Assembly: GCA_051362555.1 (NCBI GenBank)
Contig: CM120647.1
Location: 7,502,001 to 7,566,000 of the forward strand
Source: Lingula anatina
Lineage: Eukaryota > Animalia > Brachiopoda
Direction of reading: 5' to 3'
Length of the DNA: 64,000 nucleotides
Shown: piece after piece, positions 14,493 to 27,339 of the stretch
Numbering within the stretch: the first letter of the stretch is position 1
Layout: the number at the start of each line of letters is the position of its first letter
Program-made: the position numbers and the translations under genes
The notes under the pieces: model-generated
What the model saw: the letters and a program-made list of their open reading frames with translations, nothing else
Database searches by the model: none
What the model was told of the DNA's origin: nothing

Positions 14493-14549
14493 TTGTAGTA
14501 GTAGAAGAAGAAAAGAAGAAGAATAACAACAACAACAACAACAATAATA

Positions 14550-14609
<60 letters not shown>

Positions 14610-15216
14610 TGACTGGCAGAATGACACGACTGGATATTCAGGATTGTCATTAGGACTGAAGGAAGTGGAAGGCGAATACGCCGGGAACGTCCCGCGGGGG
14701 CACATACAACGGAATCCAGAAGCGGTGAACAACAGGAAGAAAGGATTGAATGTGCAGACAGGGGATGGCCCCAGCGGATTGGGATTAGAGCACTCTGCGG
14801 ACATTGGCTGATATGCATTTGTCACATTGCACCCGGAGAAGAGAGAGTTTCCTGGAAAGGAAAAAAAGTCATTCGATTATTTCACGAGTTAACTTTATAA
14901 TTTTTGATGCATTGGTATCTGAATAATTGAAAAAAGGAATTAATGTTGTAGTGTGTCATTGAACTGAATTGAAAAAATTCCGGCATTCCGACCGAAACTG
15001 CTTACTTCAAGAAAGTACGACGTTCTTCTGAATTTAAAAAAATATATTTAAAAATACAGCACACAGTCAAATGCGATACGCCATGTTTCCGGTTCAAATC
15101 AAAGTATATTGTAAACAGCAACGCAACAACTAATTTAAAAAGAATAATAATAAACATTCCTTATGATAAAATGAAATACACATCTTTCATAGATTTACTA
15201 TAAACTACTCACCCAT
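11869..15216 (-). pseudogene. Gene A copy 2, probably decaying
   Basis: Paralogous exons at 15213-15216, 14609-14851, ~14120-14248, 13704-13786 and 11869-12041. The donor after the FNDR exon is GC instead of GT (13702-13703). The candidate donor of the TGTPC exon is deleted. Confidence 0.5.
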
Positions 15217-15345
15217 TCTGCAAGTAAACTTCACAACTTAATCCGACAAAAGAAAGATTGCAACAACTGCGTCTAAGGCCGAAGATCTTGACGACAGCCT
15301 TAAGATTTTGAAACATGCGACGTCTACCTAAACATCAGTGCTACC

Positions 15346-15404
<59 letters not shown>

Positions 15405-16069
15405 AATTTCCATATACCGATAAAGAAAATTACCATAAACTTCTGTTAGTGGGAGACAGGCTCCCTTATCGTAATGCGTATCGAAGAGATTCTATCTAAA
15501 AGTATGCAAGATCTGAAATCGGTGAGTGGAGTAAAGAGTTAAGTAGGCCTATAACAGTAATATTAGACGTGCCTTGACATCTTTTTACCCCCTTAAACAT
15601 GTTCTGGCAGTTTCGTTATCTAGCGTAGTGTGAGTGGTTGTTCTCGGGGATAATTTATTGCAGTGGCGGTGACAGAAAGGTTTTATGTGTCAAATAATCC
15701 ATATTGTGACCCAAAAAATGCACAAAAATACCCACAATGCCTATATAAGGAAATATATAAATAAATATTATCACTGTAAATTAAACTCCAATACGCCATT
15801 ATATTCTTGTACCGTACATCGGTTTTACCAAGCATACCCTGAACAAAGGTATTCTAACCTCAAATTTTCTAAATAGATGCACTTTATTGGTTATTTTTCC
15901 TAAAATTACGTCAAATTTTACCACACTTGGTTCTATGTAACTAAGGCATGATTCAGTGTTACGTAATTACCATCACTTAATGACTTATGTGTGTGGAGGG
16001 TCACGTTGGAAATAAGTGCACATACTGGAATTCGCCTGCGGCTCCGGTGATTCCAGTATGTGCAATCTA

Positions 16070-16275
16070 AGACTGGTTTCCCACAGATTTAGATCGATCC
16101 ATCTGGATCGACCTAACTCCCTGGGGGTTCACGCTAAATTGCTGTCAGCCGAGTGCACGAAAGTTAATTACCCCCTTACAGCTTTAAGTAGGCGGGACAG
16201 ACATTAAAGCCGGCTAAGCTGACTGCAATTTCGCCACGGGGATAGATCGATCTAAAATCTGTGGGAATGCAGTCT
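16070..16275. mobile_element. ~210-bp MITE family (AGACTGCATTCCCACAGAT...ATCTGTGGGAATGCAGTCT)
   Basis: Long TIRs. Absent from the paralogous site near 8668. Further copies at 28849-30091 and 42736-42951. Confidence 0.8.
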
Positions 16276-17371
16276 ACGACATCAATATATGGCCGGAACA
16301 TTACGTAATACTAAGGGCCGGCAGCGCGTTTTAAATCACATTCAGACATTTTTTTTCCTTTTAAGCTCGGCGCATAATCTTCAAACGTTCCCAATGCATG
16401 CCTGTCATGAACATTGGTTATCTTAAAGGGACAATAAATATTCATTTAAAATTCAAAATTCCACAATAAATACATATTTAACAACACACAGAAATATAAT
16501 GAAACGGTGAAACGCCGAAACGGTGATTATCGTAATTATTCTGATATCTGTGTCTGCCATCGGATCACGCGGACCTTCAAAGATGGCTAGCCTCCGTACT
16601 AATCTCTTATGGATTCACTCAAGAAAGAACATGCATCATTTCAATAATGCATGTAATTATCTTAAGATATCATTTTAAAAACCACACCTAAAAAGACAAT
16701 CGATTAACTAACTTAGAGTGTTGGAACGGATTCATACAGCCCGGGAGCCACTGGCTGATTTGACGGTTATTTTGGAAAATATTAGATTTGGCCTCGTTTT
16801 CAAAACGTGGAGTGGTAGCCCCAAAAAAATTTGGCGGGAGACGAAGGCATAGAGACAGGTAAGTTGTACATGTGTTTGTGGAATGAACAGTAGATTTAAA
16901 TACTAATGAATTTGATGGGACAATACAGTATATGCTTAAGTTACATTTTATACACCGAATAAGTCTTCGTGTATCGATTTCACTGAGTACATGTATTCTC
17001 TAAAGTTACTGGCGATTAGCAAAATGGCCGCACACAAAACGTCATTGTAAACATTGACTTTTGAACTGTGCCAAATGCAGCTTAAGGGTTTTTTTCTTTA
17101 TCTGTTCCTGTTTTTTCATAGTTTGGCAATATTTTTTGAACATATCAAATTTTTAAGATGTGCGATGGCCTGTAATTTGTAGAATTTCAACATTTCCAAC
17201 AAGCTGTATATTCTCGCAGTCGGAATGACGTCACAACCGGAAATAGTCCCTAACAACCAACCGCGTGGGGGCTAAATCGGTCGTTCGGCGCTATCTCTCC
17301 TTGTACTGCAATGGAGATGTGACAAAAAGGCTCTTCAAAAAAAGGGAATTTAATATAGTTCAAGTGGTAAA

Positions 17372-20035
17372 ATGTCTTTTCAATACGAAGAAGGACTTCG
17401 TCCAGACTCGGCCAACAGATATAGGCACAAACTGGAGCTCTGTGGACAGGAAATTTGCCCATATAAGCTGCCGGCAGATGAGTGGGAAAACGATCCTAAA
17501 CAATGGCCAGACGTGAGGACTCTTGATATTTTCGTCTATTTGATCAAGAGCCCAAGTAAGTAAATACTTTAAAAAGTCTACTTAAGTAAGGTTTACACTA
17601 CTTTGTGCTGTTTTTAGGGTTTTGGTAATCCAGTTTGTGGTATTTATGGAGAAGAATGAACAAACGTGTGAGGCATAAATAATACACCATAGTGTCTAAT
17701 TTGTATCGTATCATTTTAATCGTAGTTTGAAAGAATTGATGAGGAGAAAGATAGAACAGTGTTTAATTAAATTATACATTTCTAACTAGTATTTACTAAG
17801 TAATCCTTTTGCCCGATCAGTACGTGATACTAGGCACTTGTATAGTTAGTTAGTATACTCAAGTTATCGGCTGTCCCTTTGTTGTTGGTGACTAATGGAT
17901 TTTTTTGTTGCGTCAAGATTAATCTGCAGCACAGAGGCACATTTCAAATGACCTGTGCATTTGTATTAGTGAGTGTGTGTCTTTTCATAAACCAGCACTA
18001 AATTACCTGTCCTTGAAAACTGACAAATTTTGGAATTTCTTTCAGGGTTGTACTCACTAGAGGCCATGGACAACTACCGTTCTCTAGAAGCACACACATT
18101 TTTCACATCTGGTTGGGTCCAGACAGTGTACCATCTTGTGACAAAGAGTGGAAATTTCATTTTTAAAGCTGATGTTAGGCCATCATACAGAGTTACAGAA
18201 ACTCCTCATCATCCCTGGGTGGCTGTGAAAAGCACTGGAGCTGTTATTACAGCCCACTGTGACTGCATGGCTGGGTAAGTCATTACTTAAATTTCCATAA
18301 TACATGTCTTTACAGTACTTGCTAGAGTAAAATCTTTGGGCAATTGCTGGTCATATATTAGTACCAATGATAGTTATTTCATACATTTCCGTATATTGGT
18401 TATATTGGTTCAATACAGATTTCTTTATGTACAAATAAAATATTATAAGGATTGAATGTAAAGTGTGACTTGCTGCATTGAGGGGGAAAAACACTGCAAG
18501 TTCAATAAAGACTGCTATACATATTTACATAGAAATTGAGTGAATTATGCTTGAAAGCTAGATTTTATTTATCCACATGCATTGGAGTAAGATACTATTA
18601 TTGTATGTAATTGGCTATGTTTTGGTATCTCTCATGAATTTCATTTGTACTTTTCAGCTTAGGGGAGACATGTTCACATGCTGGAGCTCTCCTGTTTAAG
18701 ATAGAGGCAGCAGTCAGGCTTGAAATCACAGCTACAGCATGTACCGATACAGCGTGTCAGTGGAACGACTGCTTTGTGGAAAATGTAGAGCCAGCGAAGG
18801 TTGCAGATATCAAGTTTTATACGTCTCAGGCCAAAGAGAAGTTAACACATAGCAAGAAGCCCAGGCGTGTTCTGGAACCAGACCCCCCAGAAGTGCAAAT
18901 GGAATTTTTGAAGTCACTCGCTTCATCTGGATCATGTGTCGGCCTAAGTCTCTTCAAAGAGTTCAAGGATAGGTTTGTTGGTTTAGGGCCAAAACCATCT
19001 CAGGAAAGACTTCCTCCACCACTCCGGTCTTTGTATGCAGATGGGAATGAAAAACTTTCAGGGGAAGAACTTGAAAGTGCTTGTGAGAGTGCTAAGGCTA
19101 AAGTTGAAGTAAACAATGCTCAAGTAACTTATGTAGAGCAAGTGACCAGAGCACAGGCAAACTCTAAGGCCTGGCATGACCAGCGTGTGGGAAGAATAAC
19201 AGCTTCAATTGCTGGAGACTGTTTGACTACCAATCAAGAATCTCCTGCGCCTTCTCTGTTAAAGAAAATTGCTTCTGCTGGGAAAGCAGTGCAGTCGCCA
19301 GCAATTTCGTGGGGAAATGCTCATGAGGCAGATGCCATTAACCTGTACAAGGCGGTATATGGTGAAGGGAAAAAGAAAGTTTTTCCCAAAGGACAGATAT
19401 TGACAAGCAGCAGTATCCCCAACATCCACAAACAGTGCAGCGTCACAGGAGCTGGACTGTTTATTTCCCAAGCCAACCCCTGCCTAGGTGCCTCACCAGA
19501 CAGTATAGTGAGATGCAACTGCTGTGGTCAGGGGGTTCTAGAGGTGAAGTGCCCCTATAGTCTGAAAGACCAACCCTTTTTGGAAAAGTTTCCAGTCTAT
19601 ATAGATGAAAATTTGCAAGTGAAACAAAATCATAAGTATTTTGCCCAGGCACAATTGCAAATGTACATTTGCGGCGTGTTATTTTGTGATTTTGTTGTGT
19701 GGACCCCCATTGATGTGATATTCACTAGAATTGAACGCAATGATACTTTCATAACACATATGGTGGGGAAGTTGGACATGCTCTGGAATAGACATGTGTT
19801 GCCTGAACTTGTAACCAGGCGGTTAGAGTTCAATTGTCCACCTGAAAATACTGCTATAGTCACTAATGGTGTTGCTTCTCTATACTGTGTGTGTCAATCT
19901 CCAGAGGAAGGTGATATGGTGGGTTGTGACCGCTGTGATGAGTGGTTCCACCCAAAATGTATTGGATTAAAAGGACTGCCAAAATCTAAAACTTGGTACT
20001 GTAAAGCGTGCAGGAAAAGAAATAAGAAAGCCTAA
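17372..20035 (+). CDS. ISL2EU accessory protein: SWIM zinc finger + YqaJ (lambda-exonuclease-like) + PHD finger, ~596 aa
   Basis: Exons 17372-17555, 18046-18274 and 18658-20035 join in frame. Motifs: [15 protein letters not shown] (SWIM); [33 protein letters not shown] (YqaJ); YCVCQ...[14 protein letters not shown]...WYCKAC (PHD). Confidence 0.92.
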
Positions 20036-20187
20036 TGGGTAAATTAGCAAGAGCTTAGTTTCTGCCTAGTCTGAGGTGCTTTTGTGAAAGGATTTTTAGT
20101 AGATAAGTACGTGGTGCAATATTTTTGTATAAATACTAGTGGTCAGTTTTTTCAGTTATACTTTGTGCAATGTGTGTTCTTTTTTCT

Positions 20188-20528
20188 CAGTCATAAACTG
20201 TGCAATATATATGAATATTATCAATATAAATACTCATTTTTTCTCAACCATTCATTGTGTAATAAGGGTACACAGTCATAAACTGTGCAATATATATGAA
20301 TATTATCAATATAAATACTCATTTTTTCTCAACCATTCATTGTGTAATAAGGGTACACAGTCAAACTGTGCAATATATATGAATATTATCAATATAAATA
20401 CTCATTTTTTCTCAACCATTCATTGTGTAATAAGGGTACACAGTCATAAACTGTGCAATATATATGAATATTATCAATATAAATACTCATTTTTTTCTCA
20501 ACCATTCATTGTGTAATAAGGGTACACA
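20188..20528. repeat. Tandem repeat, ~85 bp x4, between the two convergent transposon genes
   Basis: The unit cagtcataaactgtgcaatatatatgaat...aataagggtaca starts at 20188, 20273, 20358 and 20441; copies are near identical. Confidence 0.95.
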
Positions 20529-20867
20529 AATGTAAGAGCTTTTTGTCATGGGGAATATTTTATTTTATATATTATAGATAAGAATAAAGACAAAATTGAA
20601 TTTGAGAAATTTATAGTTTTATTCAAATCCCTCAAAAGTGAAACCTTTATCCATTCTGTTTATAAAAACTATACAGTAACACAACAGTACAGCAAAAATT
20701 GATGCTACATTAGCACATAGATAAAGGGCAGCAAAGCAAACTACTCTTACTAGACCACAGTTGAGCACCACTGTTCTAAAGATACACGATTCATTTAATT
20801 TATACATAATATAAAAAATGACCCAATTCTGTAAACCCCTAGCTACTTCACTTATGTCCTATACGCT

Positions 20868-23800
20868 TCACTCTTCTTTTGACCCTTCTTTATACACAAT
20901 TCCGTCACCCATGTTCAACAAACAACAGCACACTTGTATAATTTTATCACAGTTGGCTAAATTCATGTCCATGTTCTCATCCCTTATACTTTGAAGAAAA
21001 CGAAGGGGCAAAGGGCCCTTCAAAATGCAATATCTGTTTTTTAATAGACCAATAACGCGCTCTATGTGGATTCTCACAGATGCTATTTTTCGTGAAATTT
21101 CCAATTCCTTAGCTGGCAATTGTCCTCCTTTCCCTTTCGTAAATGCAGGAGTAAGTAGTTCAGCACCACACCTTGATGCAAAGTCATCTTTAAGTGTGAA
21201 CCCCCTATCCGCTAAAATCTGGTCACCAGGCAAATGTATGTCCGAACTTATAAACCCAGAGTCCCTTACTATTTTTTTATCTGTTGCCCTCCCACCCCAC
21301 GCTCTTGAAATAAAATTAATTGCCCCTAAAGGTGTACATGATATAAAAAATTTGATGGTACAATGTTTTTTGTACTGGCTGTAACACTGTGCCCGAGCTA
21401 ATAAATTCCTGGGGGCATCAATAAAGATCTCAAAGCAATCAATAATCGAAGTCAATCTAGGGAATTTTGACTTAAAAACGGGAGGAATTGTAGCCAATAC
21501 AGATTCCCTGTCCTGTGGCTGAACTAAAAAATCCAACTTCTGATGCATCAGATCAATCCACTTCCAAAAGTTATCTATCATCGTGGACTTGGGCAAACCC
21601 CTGAGATGTGACAGAAAGTCAAAAGAAACATTGTGCTTTAACTTGACAAGTGTTAAAAATAGTTGTTCCCTCAAAGGAATACTACACTTTACACCTTCAC
21701 TTGGAAAACAATGGCTCAGGAACAAAAACAACTTCAAAAAATAATTCCACGACAATCCCGTCAACATTTTGCAAGCCTCATCGTTCCCTTCCACAGACAC
21801 AGATGACAAAGTTGAAGAACCATTCATCATACTTTCCAGAACTGCCACCTTTGCAAGCGCATTGTCTCTTTCCTCTCGAAGATTAGAGATTTCTAGGAGA
21901 AACATCTCTCTTTCAGATTCTTCAAGTGACTTTGAAAAACCTCTGGCTTCTTCTGGTGTTTCTGGTGCCTTTGCTGAAATGGGAATTCAAAACTATTAGA
22001 TGAACTACTACTTTGTTTTTCATCTGTGCAGTCATTGTCAATAATAAGCTAATAAAAAGCAATTGTTTATGTTGTTTATATTAAAGTTAAACTACCTGTT
22101 TTAAAATTTGCACTCTAGTAGTAAAGAAACATAATAAAACCTCAGATCATGTTTAAAAATTAAGATATCATGCACTGGATTGTAATTTCAAATCTACAAA
22201 AGTTTTATTCATGCAAGTCTCCGGAAAAAAAATAAGCAGTATCATCTGCAACAACTATGAAGTTGTTCTTTTAAATTTAATATTACTTACACCTAGTTTC
22301 ATCTCTACAGTTGGCAAGATTTTCACAGGTTGACAGATCTTCTACACAGTTAGGGTGGCCAGTAACATCATCTGAGGATTCTACTAGGCTGGGGGAGTCT
22401 GCAGTTTCAGGCATGATGGTACAGTTTGTGGGATCACGCATCATCAATCTCTTCTTTGCTGGAGGATCATGAACTGTAATGAAAGAATAAGGATTTAAAC
22501 TGAAAAGCAGACATTAGAATTAATGAAAGCAATTTGTGTGATATCTTTTCAAAAATCAATTTCAAAATGTTCAAAGAATTAAGCACTAAAAGAAACATTC
22601 CATATTCTTTCAATATAATCTTTCAATAGAAAACTGACAATATGGGTTTAATCAAATTTTTCTAGGAAACTTTGGATGCTTATTCTAGGGAGCTATATGT
22701 GAACATGTAACATGCTGATGTGTTTCATACACTTTGTAACCATTTTTTTTTTCAGCAGACAGCTTACTAGATACTTGTTTAAGTAATATTCGTGACAACG
22801 GCACTCACCATTGGTTTGTGAGCGATTTACAATCCTTTCATATCGATCCACTTTCATCTCTGCATTTTGGATCACCCGAGCACTTGTGGTGGGAAATACA
22901 TTTGGCACGTAATCAGGGTGTGTAGGATCATTGACTCTGAGACCTAAAGAAAAACAAAAAGAATTGTTACTAATTTTTTTGTACTTTTATTTACAGTTAT
23001 TGACAGTTAAAATTTGTGAACTATGTCATTATTTGGACTTTTTATTATGACGAAAGTTAATTGTACTTTCCTAAAGATTTCAAGTGTTTGGCACCAGCTT
23101 TGTTTTGATTTGACATAAAAAAACTCCAAATTTAAAAGACACATATATAGACTTATTTAATGCACAGCTCTGGCCTGTAATTGTGCCAACAAGGTGTCAA
23201 CCCAAAATTATTTCACACTGATCATTATCACACAGGTGAACATCAATTAAAGCACCTTTCCTTGCCCTAATTCATAGGAAACTGATTGACCTGACACTAA
23301 CAGCTTAACTGATCTATAACTACACAGTACGGTAGCAGTATTGAACAAAAGGCATGGCTGATCATTATCACACAGGTGGGTAGCTGAACACCTTACCTTG
23401 CAATAATTAACGGGAAGCTGGTCGATCTGACTCAAACAGCTTTCAACAGCTGTTAGTGTCAGTTTGGCAAGATTTGTAAATTTCCATAAAGAAAACCAAG
23501 ATAAATAAAACTCTGCACAATTTAACGACAGTCTGGAATTATTTGAAGTTGAACAATGATAAAATCGTTGATTTAGCCATGTCAGCAGGTGCCATTAGCA
23601 CAGATGTAGTATTAATATGATATTCTACTCTAAAAAGAATTCAAAACCCATCTAACCTGTTAGAAAGTGCAAAGAGCAGACATAAGAGGAACTTCCTCGC
23701 GGCGACCATAGTTTTGATCTGTCAACACTGCCGTCGCTATTTATCCTTGCCCTGTTTATTGCTGACAGCCATTTTTCCCTTCTGAATTTCTCATTAGGTA

Positions 23801-23873
23801 TTACAAAAAACTTGATTTCACTTCCTTTGTGTTTTCTCGAAGAACAGCCAACTATACAGCAAGTTTTTGGCAT
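20868..23873 (-). CDS. ISL2EU transposase: THAP + HTH + DDE (Harbinger/IS5-like), ~546 aa
   Basis: Exons 23657-23873, 22809-22943, 22291-22473 and 20868-21973 join in frame with no stops. THAP (MPKTCCIVGC...W...VCSLHF...YVPNVF), NLS-like PPAKKR, catalytic IIDCFE / LADRGF / RIHIERVIG. Confidence 0.93.
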
Positions 23874-26438
23874 CTTTATCTCTTGTCTGCTTCACGTCTT
23901 ATACATAGACTGATCGCGGTTGCTAGGGAGTTTGCCCCCACGCGGTTTTTTTCTGCGCGCGCACATGGGTGTCACGTGGGCTATCCGACTGCAAGAATTC
24001 ACCGTGCCGGGTACCTATCATTTAGTTGATCGAGTGATGGCAGTGGCTTTCTGGTCTCATGCATGGAATGAATGCCACCGTATAAGTGAAATGTTTGAAT
24101 CTTGGCTTCTCATGCAATTTCTTCGTGTTTTAATGTGAAAAGGATGAAGTGGATTGCGAAATAACATTGTCATCCAACCTGAATACACGTATACGTACCC
24201 CTGTATGTGCATATCGTGGTGTACCAGTACTTGTTTGCAAAGCGGTGGGGAGGGGGGGGGGCATTGGTACCAGTAGTTGTGAAAGATACAGTATTGTAAA
24301 CTAACCATATGCATGTTTTGAAATATATGAATCGTAAATTATGTCTTTTTTGCTGGGGGCGGGGGGGGGGGTTAAATGTATCAATTGTGTTAACTTTTTT
24401 AGAAAAAAAACATGTAAACACAAAATAAGTTTTATTGCATTGGTTGGGGGTTTTGAGGAGAAGAATGTCATAAAAATGCAAGTTTAAAAAAGGTGAATAA
24501 TATATGTATGTGTGTATGTACATTAAATGAAACAGGCTCTTCAATGATGAGGGCATATGATAGTGATGTGGTGCTCTGACTTGCATGTGTTTTCTAATTT
24601 TTTCATGCCTTGATTCAAATTGGGTTTTTGAATTATGATGGGTGTGCAACTTTGCCCAAAGTTCAGTTTCAAATGTTTTTTTAATAATCACTGTTATGAA
24701 TTAAGTATAAATAGTGCAGTTTAAGGTAAAGATTGTAAATATAGTGCTGTTTAAGATTGATTGTTACAGTTTACCTATTACAAAGATTGCAATAAATTAT
24801 GATAAATTTCAGTGTGTATGTGTGTGAGCAATTGATAAATGTAGTTAGAATTTTTTTATGATATTCTTTTAAAAACTCTATTATTTATTCTAGGCTTGAA
24901 TAGCATGATTGGGACCAGGATTATTCCTTTTGCCGTGCAATTATCATAACAAAAGCGCCCATCATTTCCAAATGCTGTGTGGCAATGAACACCACAACCT
25001 CTGGGATACTTCTAAGGGATGAAAAATGTGTGCTCTTGCTAATATAAATAGTTATTGGTTATCAGTACATAGAAATGCAGTTTGTGAAATCAATTTAGGT
25101 TTTAACCACATGAAGTTAGTTAAAAGTGTATGTGCAACTAAGTTAACAATACATTGTTTTATTTTTACTGTGCAGGTTTTTTTTATATATGTGTAGCTTA
25201 TACTGGTAGATAATATCTACTTATCAGAATACAAGTAAAACAAGTTTATTCAAATGCAAATATGGATCGATACCTGGTATCACTGAAAGAAAATTAACAT
25301 GACATCTTTGGGAAAATTTATGAAATTATATTATTTGTAAAAATTCTGGTCCACTGTGTAAAGGGAAATTGTGTGTTAGATGGTTAAATATATATAAATG
25401 TGTACCAATCAAGTAAAGTAGCATTGAATTATCACCTACTGGGTAATTAATGTACAATGTAATGTAAAATAACTATTTTGCAATGTACATGTCTCACTGG
25501 TAAAATATTTCAGGCTAGTTGAATTTTATGTAAAATTAAAATAAAATATTTAGCAATGTGATTAAATGTAAATTGTCTTTCATTTGTTATTTTTCATATT
25601 TAATGAAAGGAATACCCTCATCAGTTGGCCTCATGTAATAAAAAGGTTTATCTACAATGAAAAAAATGTTAAATTTCATTTGTATTAGCACCGTGGTAAG
25701 TGCCAAGAAAAAAATTATTTCATTGTCCCCAATACCCAGTTGCTCTATATAAGTAATACTGTGTGAAGGAAAAACTAAAACGAGACTGAAGCTCATGAGA
25801 AAGCACTAAGTCAAAGCGAGGCTTATATGCGGATATCGTAAGTGAGAGTTTTCAGGCTGACATGGCCGTGAATTGATTTGTGCCATTCACAGCTTAAGGC
25901 AAAGTTCTTTACATGTTTACATTGACAGAAAGCTGAATAAATTTTCCACAACTTGTAGTAATTTCAAGTTGTGCGGAGGCCTCTATAGGTACAAAAATCA
26001 AAATCAAAAACGAACTTCCGTAATAGCTTTAATAATATTTCGATTTCAAACTTATTTTTCAACATTAAATATGCTGTAGATCAACTTTTGGGTCATCTCA
26101 CATTATTCGAAATGTATTTCTCAATATGACAATGTACATATTGTAACCCCAAGTACGTTAATAGCCGAGATAATACACCGTTTATGACACCCTATAAATC
26201 TAAAAAAATATTGCCCAATTCAAATTCTCGAACTTCCGGTTTGTTTAATAGCCACCTAGCGGCAGACCAGTGGCTCCCGGGCTGATAAACCATTGTAAGT
26301 GTGGGAAATTGCCGTTAACCCCAAGAGAGTTTCGTTTTCTGGTACTTTCCCCACCAAAATGAAGAGTTGTCATCCCTTAGGCCTACATATAAATGATCAA
26401 TCCAAACTTGTACTGTTGAGGAGTCGGAATTAGTCCAG

Positions 26439-27080
26439 GCCCCCGTTTCACAAAGAAACTTAAATCCGTAGTTGACTAGCTCGAGCTGAGTGACCAAGGT
26501 AGGTCGACTACGCTGCAGTCGTCTAGGCGTGTTTCACAATGAATCTAAAGTCCTAGCTCAGTGTGCTTACCGTAGTCGACGCGCACGAGAAACTCTTCAA
26601 GAAAAGCAGGTGTAAAAATCCCTGACATGATCGAAGTCCCATGACCTTTTTCGACCGAGAACGATCGTTTATCATCAATATAAATCATTTAAACATAAAC
26701 AAAGTTTGTTTTTGAACTTTATTGATTATTTTAATTTCAATACAACTTCAAATAACAGTAAAACATTAGCTTAGGGGGTATGTTCTTTCCAAATTTTTGT
26801 TGTTTATGCTGTAATTTACCGAGTTTTAGTTGAGTTTGCTGACTTAATTAAGTCTCCTCCCGAGGAGGCTAGGCTTCGTCAACTAGCAGCTAAGAAAAAA
26901 ACGACGTAAGCGACCTTTTAGATTCTTTGTGTAACGGTACTTAGTGACGTAAGGACTTAATTACGTTGGTAACGAAGCTCTTAGTCGGGGAAACCGACTT
27001 AAGTTTTTTTTTTTTTTTTTGTTTGTTTGTTTTTTGTTTTTTTTTTTTTTTTTGTTTTTTTTTTTTTATGAAACGGGGAC
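26439..27080. mobile_element. Harbinger-type non-autonomous element (duplicate of 9290-9912)
   Basis: Same TIRs and CAG TSD. Confidence 0.75.
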
Positions 27081-27339
27081 CAGCTGCCCTTGTCCTATCA
27101 CCTTTTCACAACAAAGATAATGCATAATTACATGTATGTTCCAACGCCAATTAAATCATAACTATCTTTAGTATCATACCACGCTCATATATTATTTATG
27201 ACTTAATGATGATAATATCAACACTTATAATGTCTACAGAATATAATTGTGGGATATTACCGTGACCAGCATACAGGTACGTATATACACACACTGGACA
27301 TAAGAAGTGTAGGCCGATAATTTGAGTTTTTATCATTTG

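Larger units (their letters stand above)
17212..23996. mobile_element. Autonomous ISL2EU-type (PIF/Harbinger-ISL2EU group) transposon
   Basis: 13-bp TIR TCTCGCAGTCGGA / TCCGACTGCAAGA (one mismatch) flanked by AT. Symmetric 14-bp subterminal inverted repeat. Encloses convergent YqaJ and THAP-DDE genes, the ISL2EU hallmark. Confidence 0.8.
16737..26284. mobile_element. Outer DNA transposon (Academ-like, tentative) carrying a nested ISL2EU element
   Basis: Perfect 18-bp TIR CAGCCCGGGAGCCACTGG at both ends and a 3-bp TSD ATA. The empty site ggattc-ATA-aaccattg is seen directly in the paralog at ~9130-9146. The superfamily is inferred only from the terminus and TSD length. Confidence 0.85.

Noticed and set aside
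14207-14825. Poly-Ile/Asn/Tyr ORFs (also 5605-5980 and 3616-3837)
   Set aside because: Read-through into (TAA)n microsatellites beyond a GT donor; only the Cys-containing portion is credible exon.
20139-20516. 125-aa repetitive ORF and CRISPR-like periodicity
   Set aside because: Head-to-tail 85-bp repeats with no unique spacers, eukaryotic context and no cas genes.
24000-26250. Possible third gene in the outer element
   Set aside because: Only stop-interrupted fragments with no identifiable motif, even after rejoining across the inner insertion.
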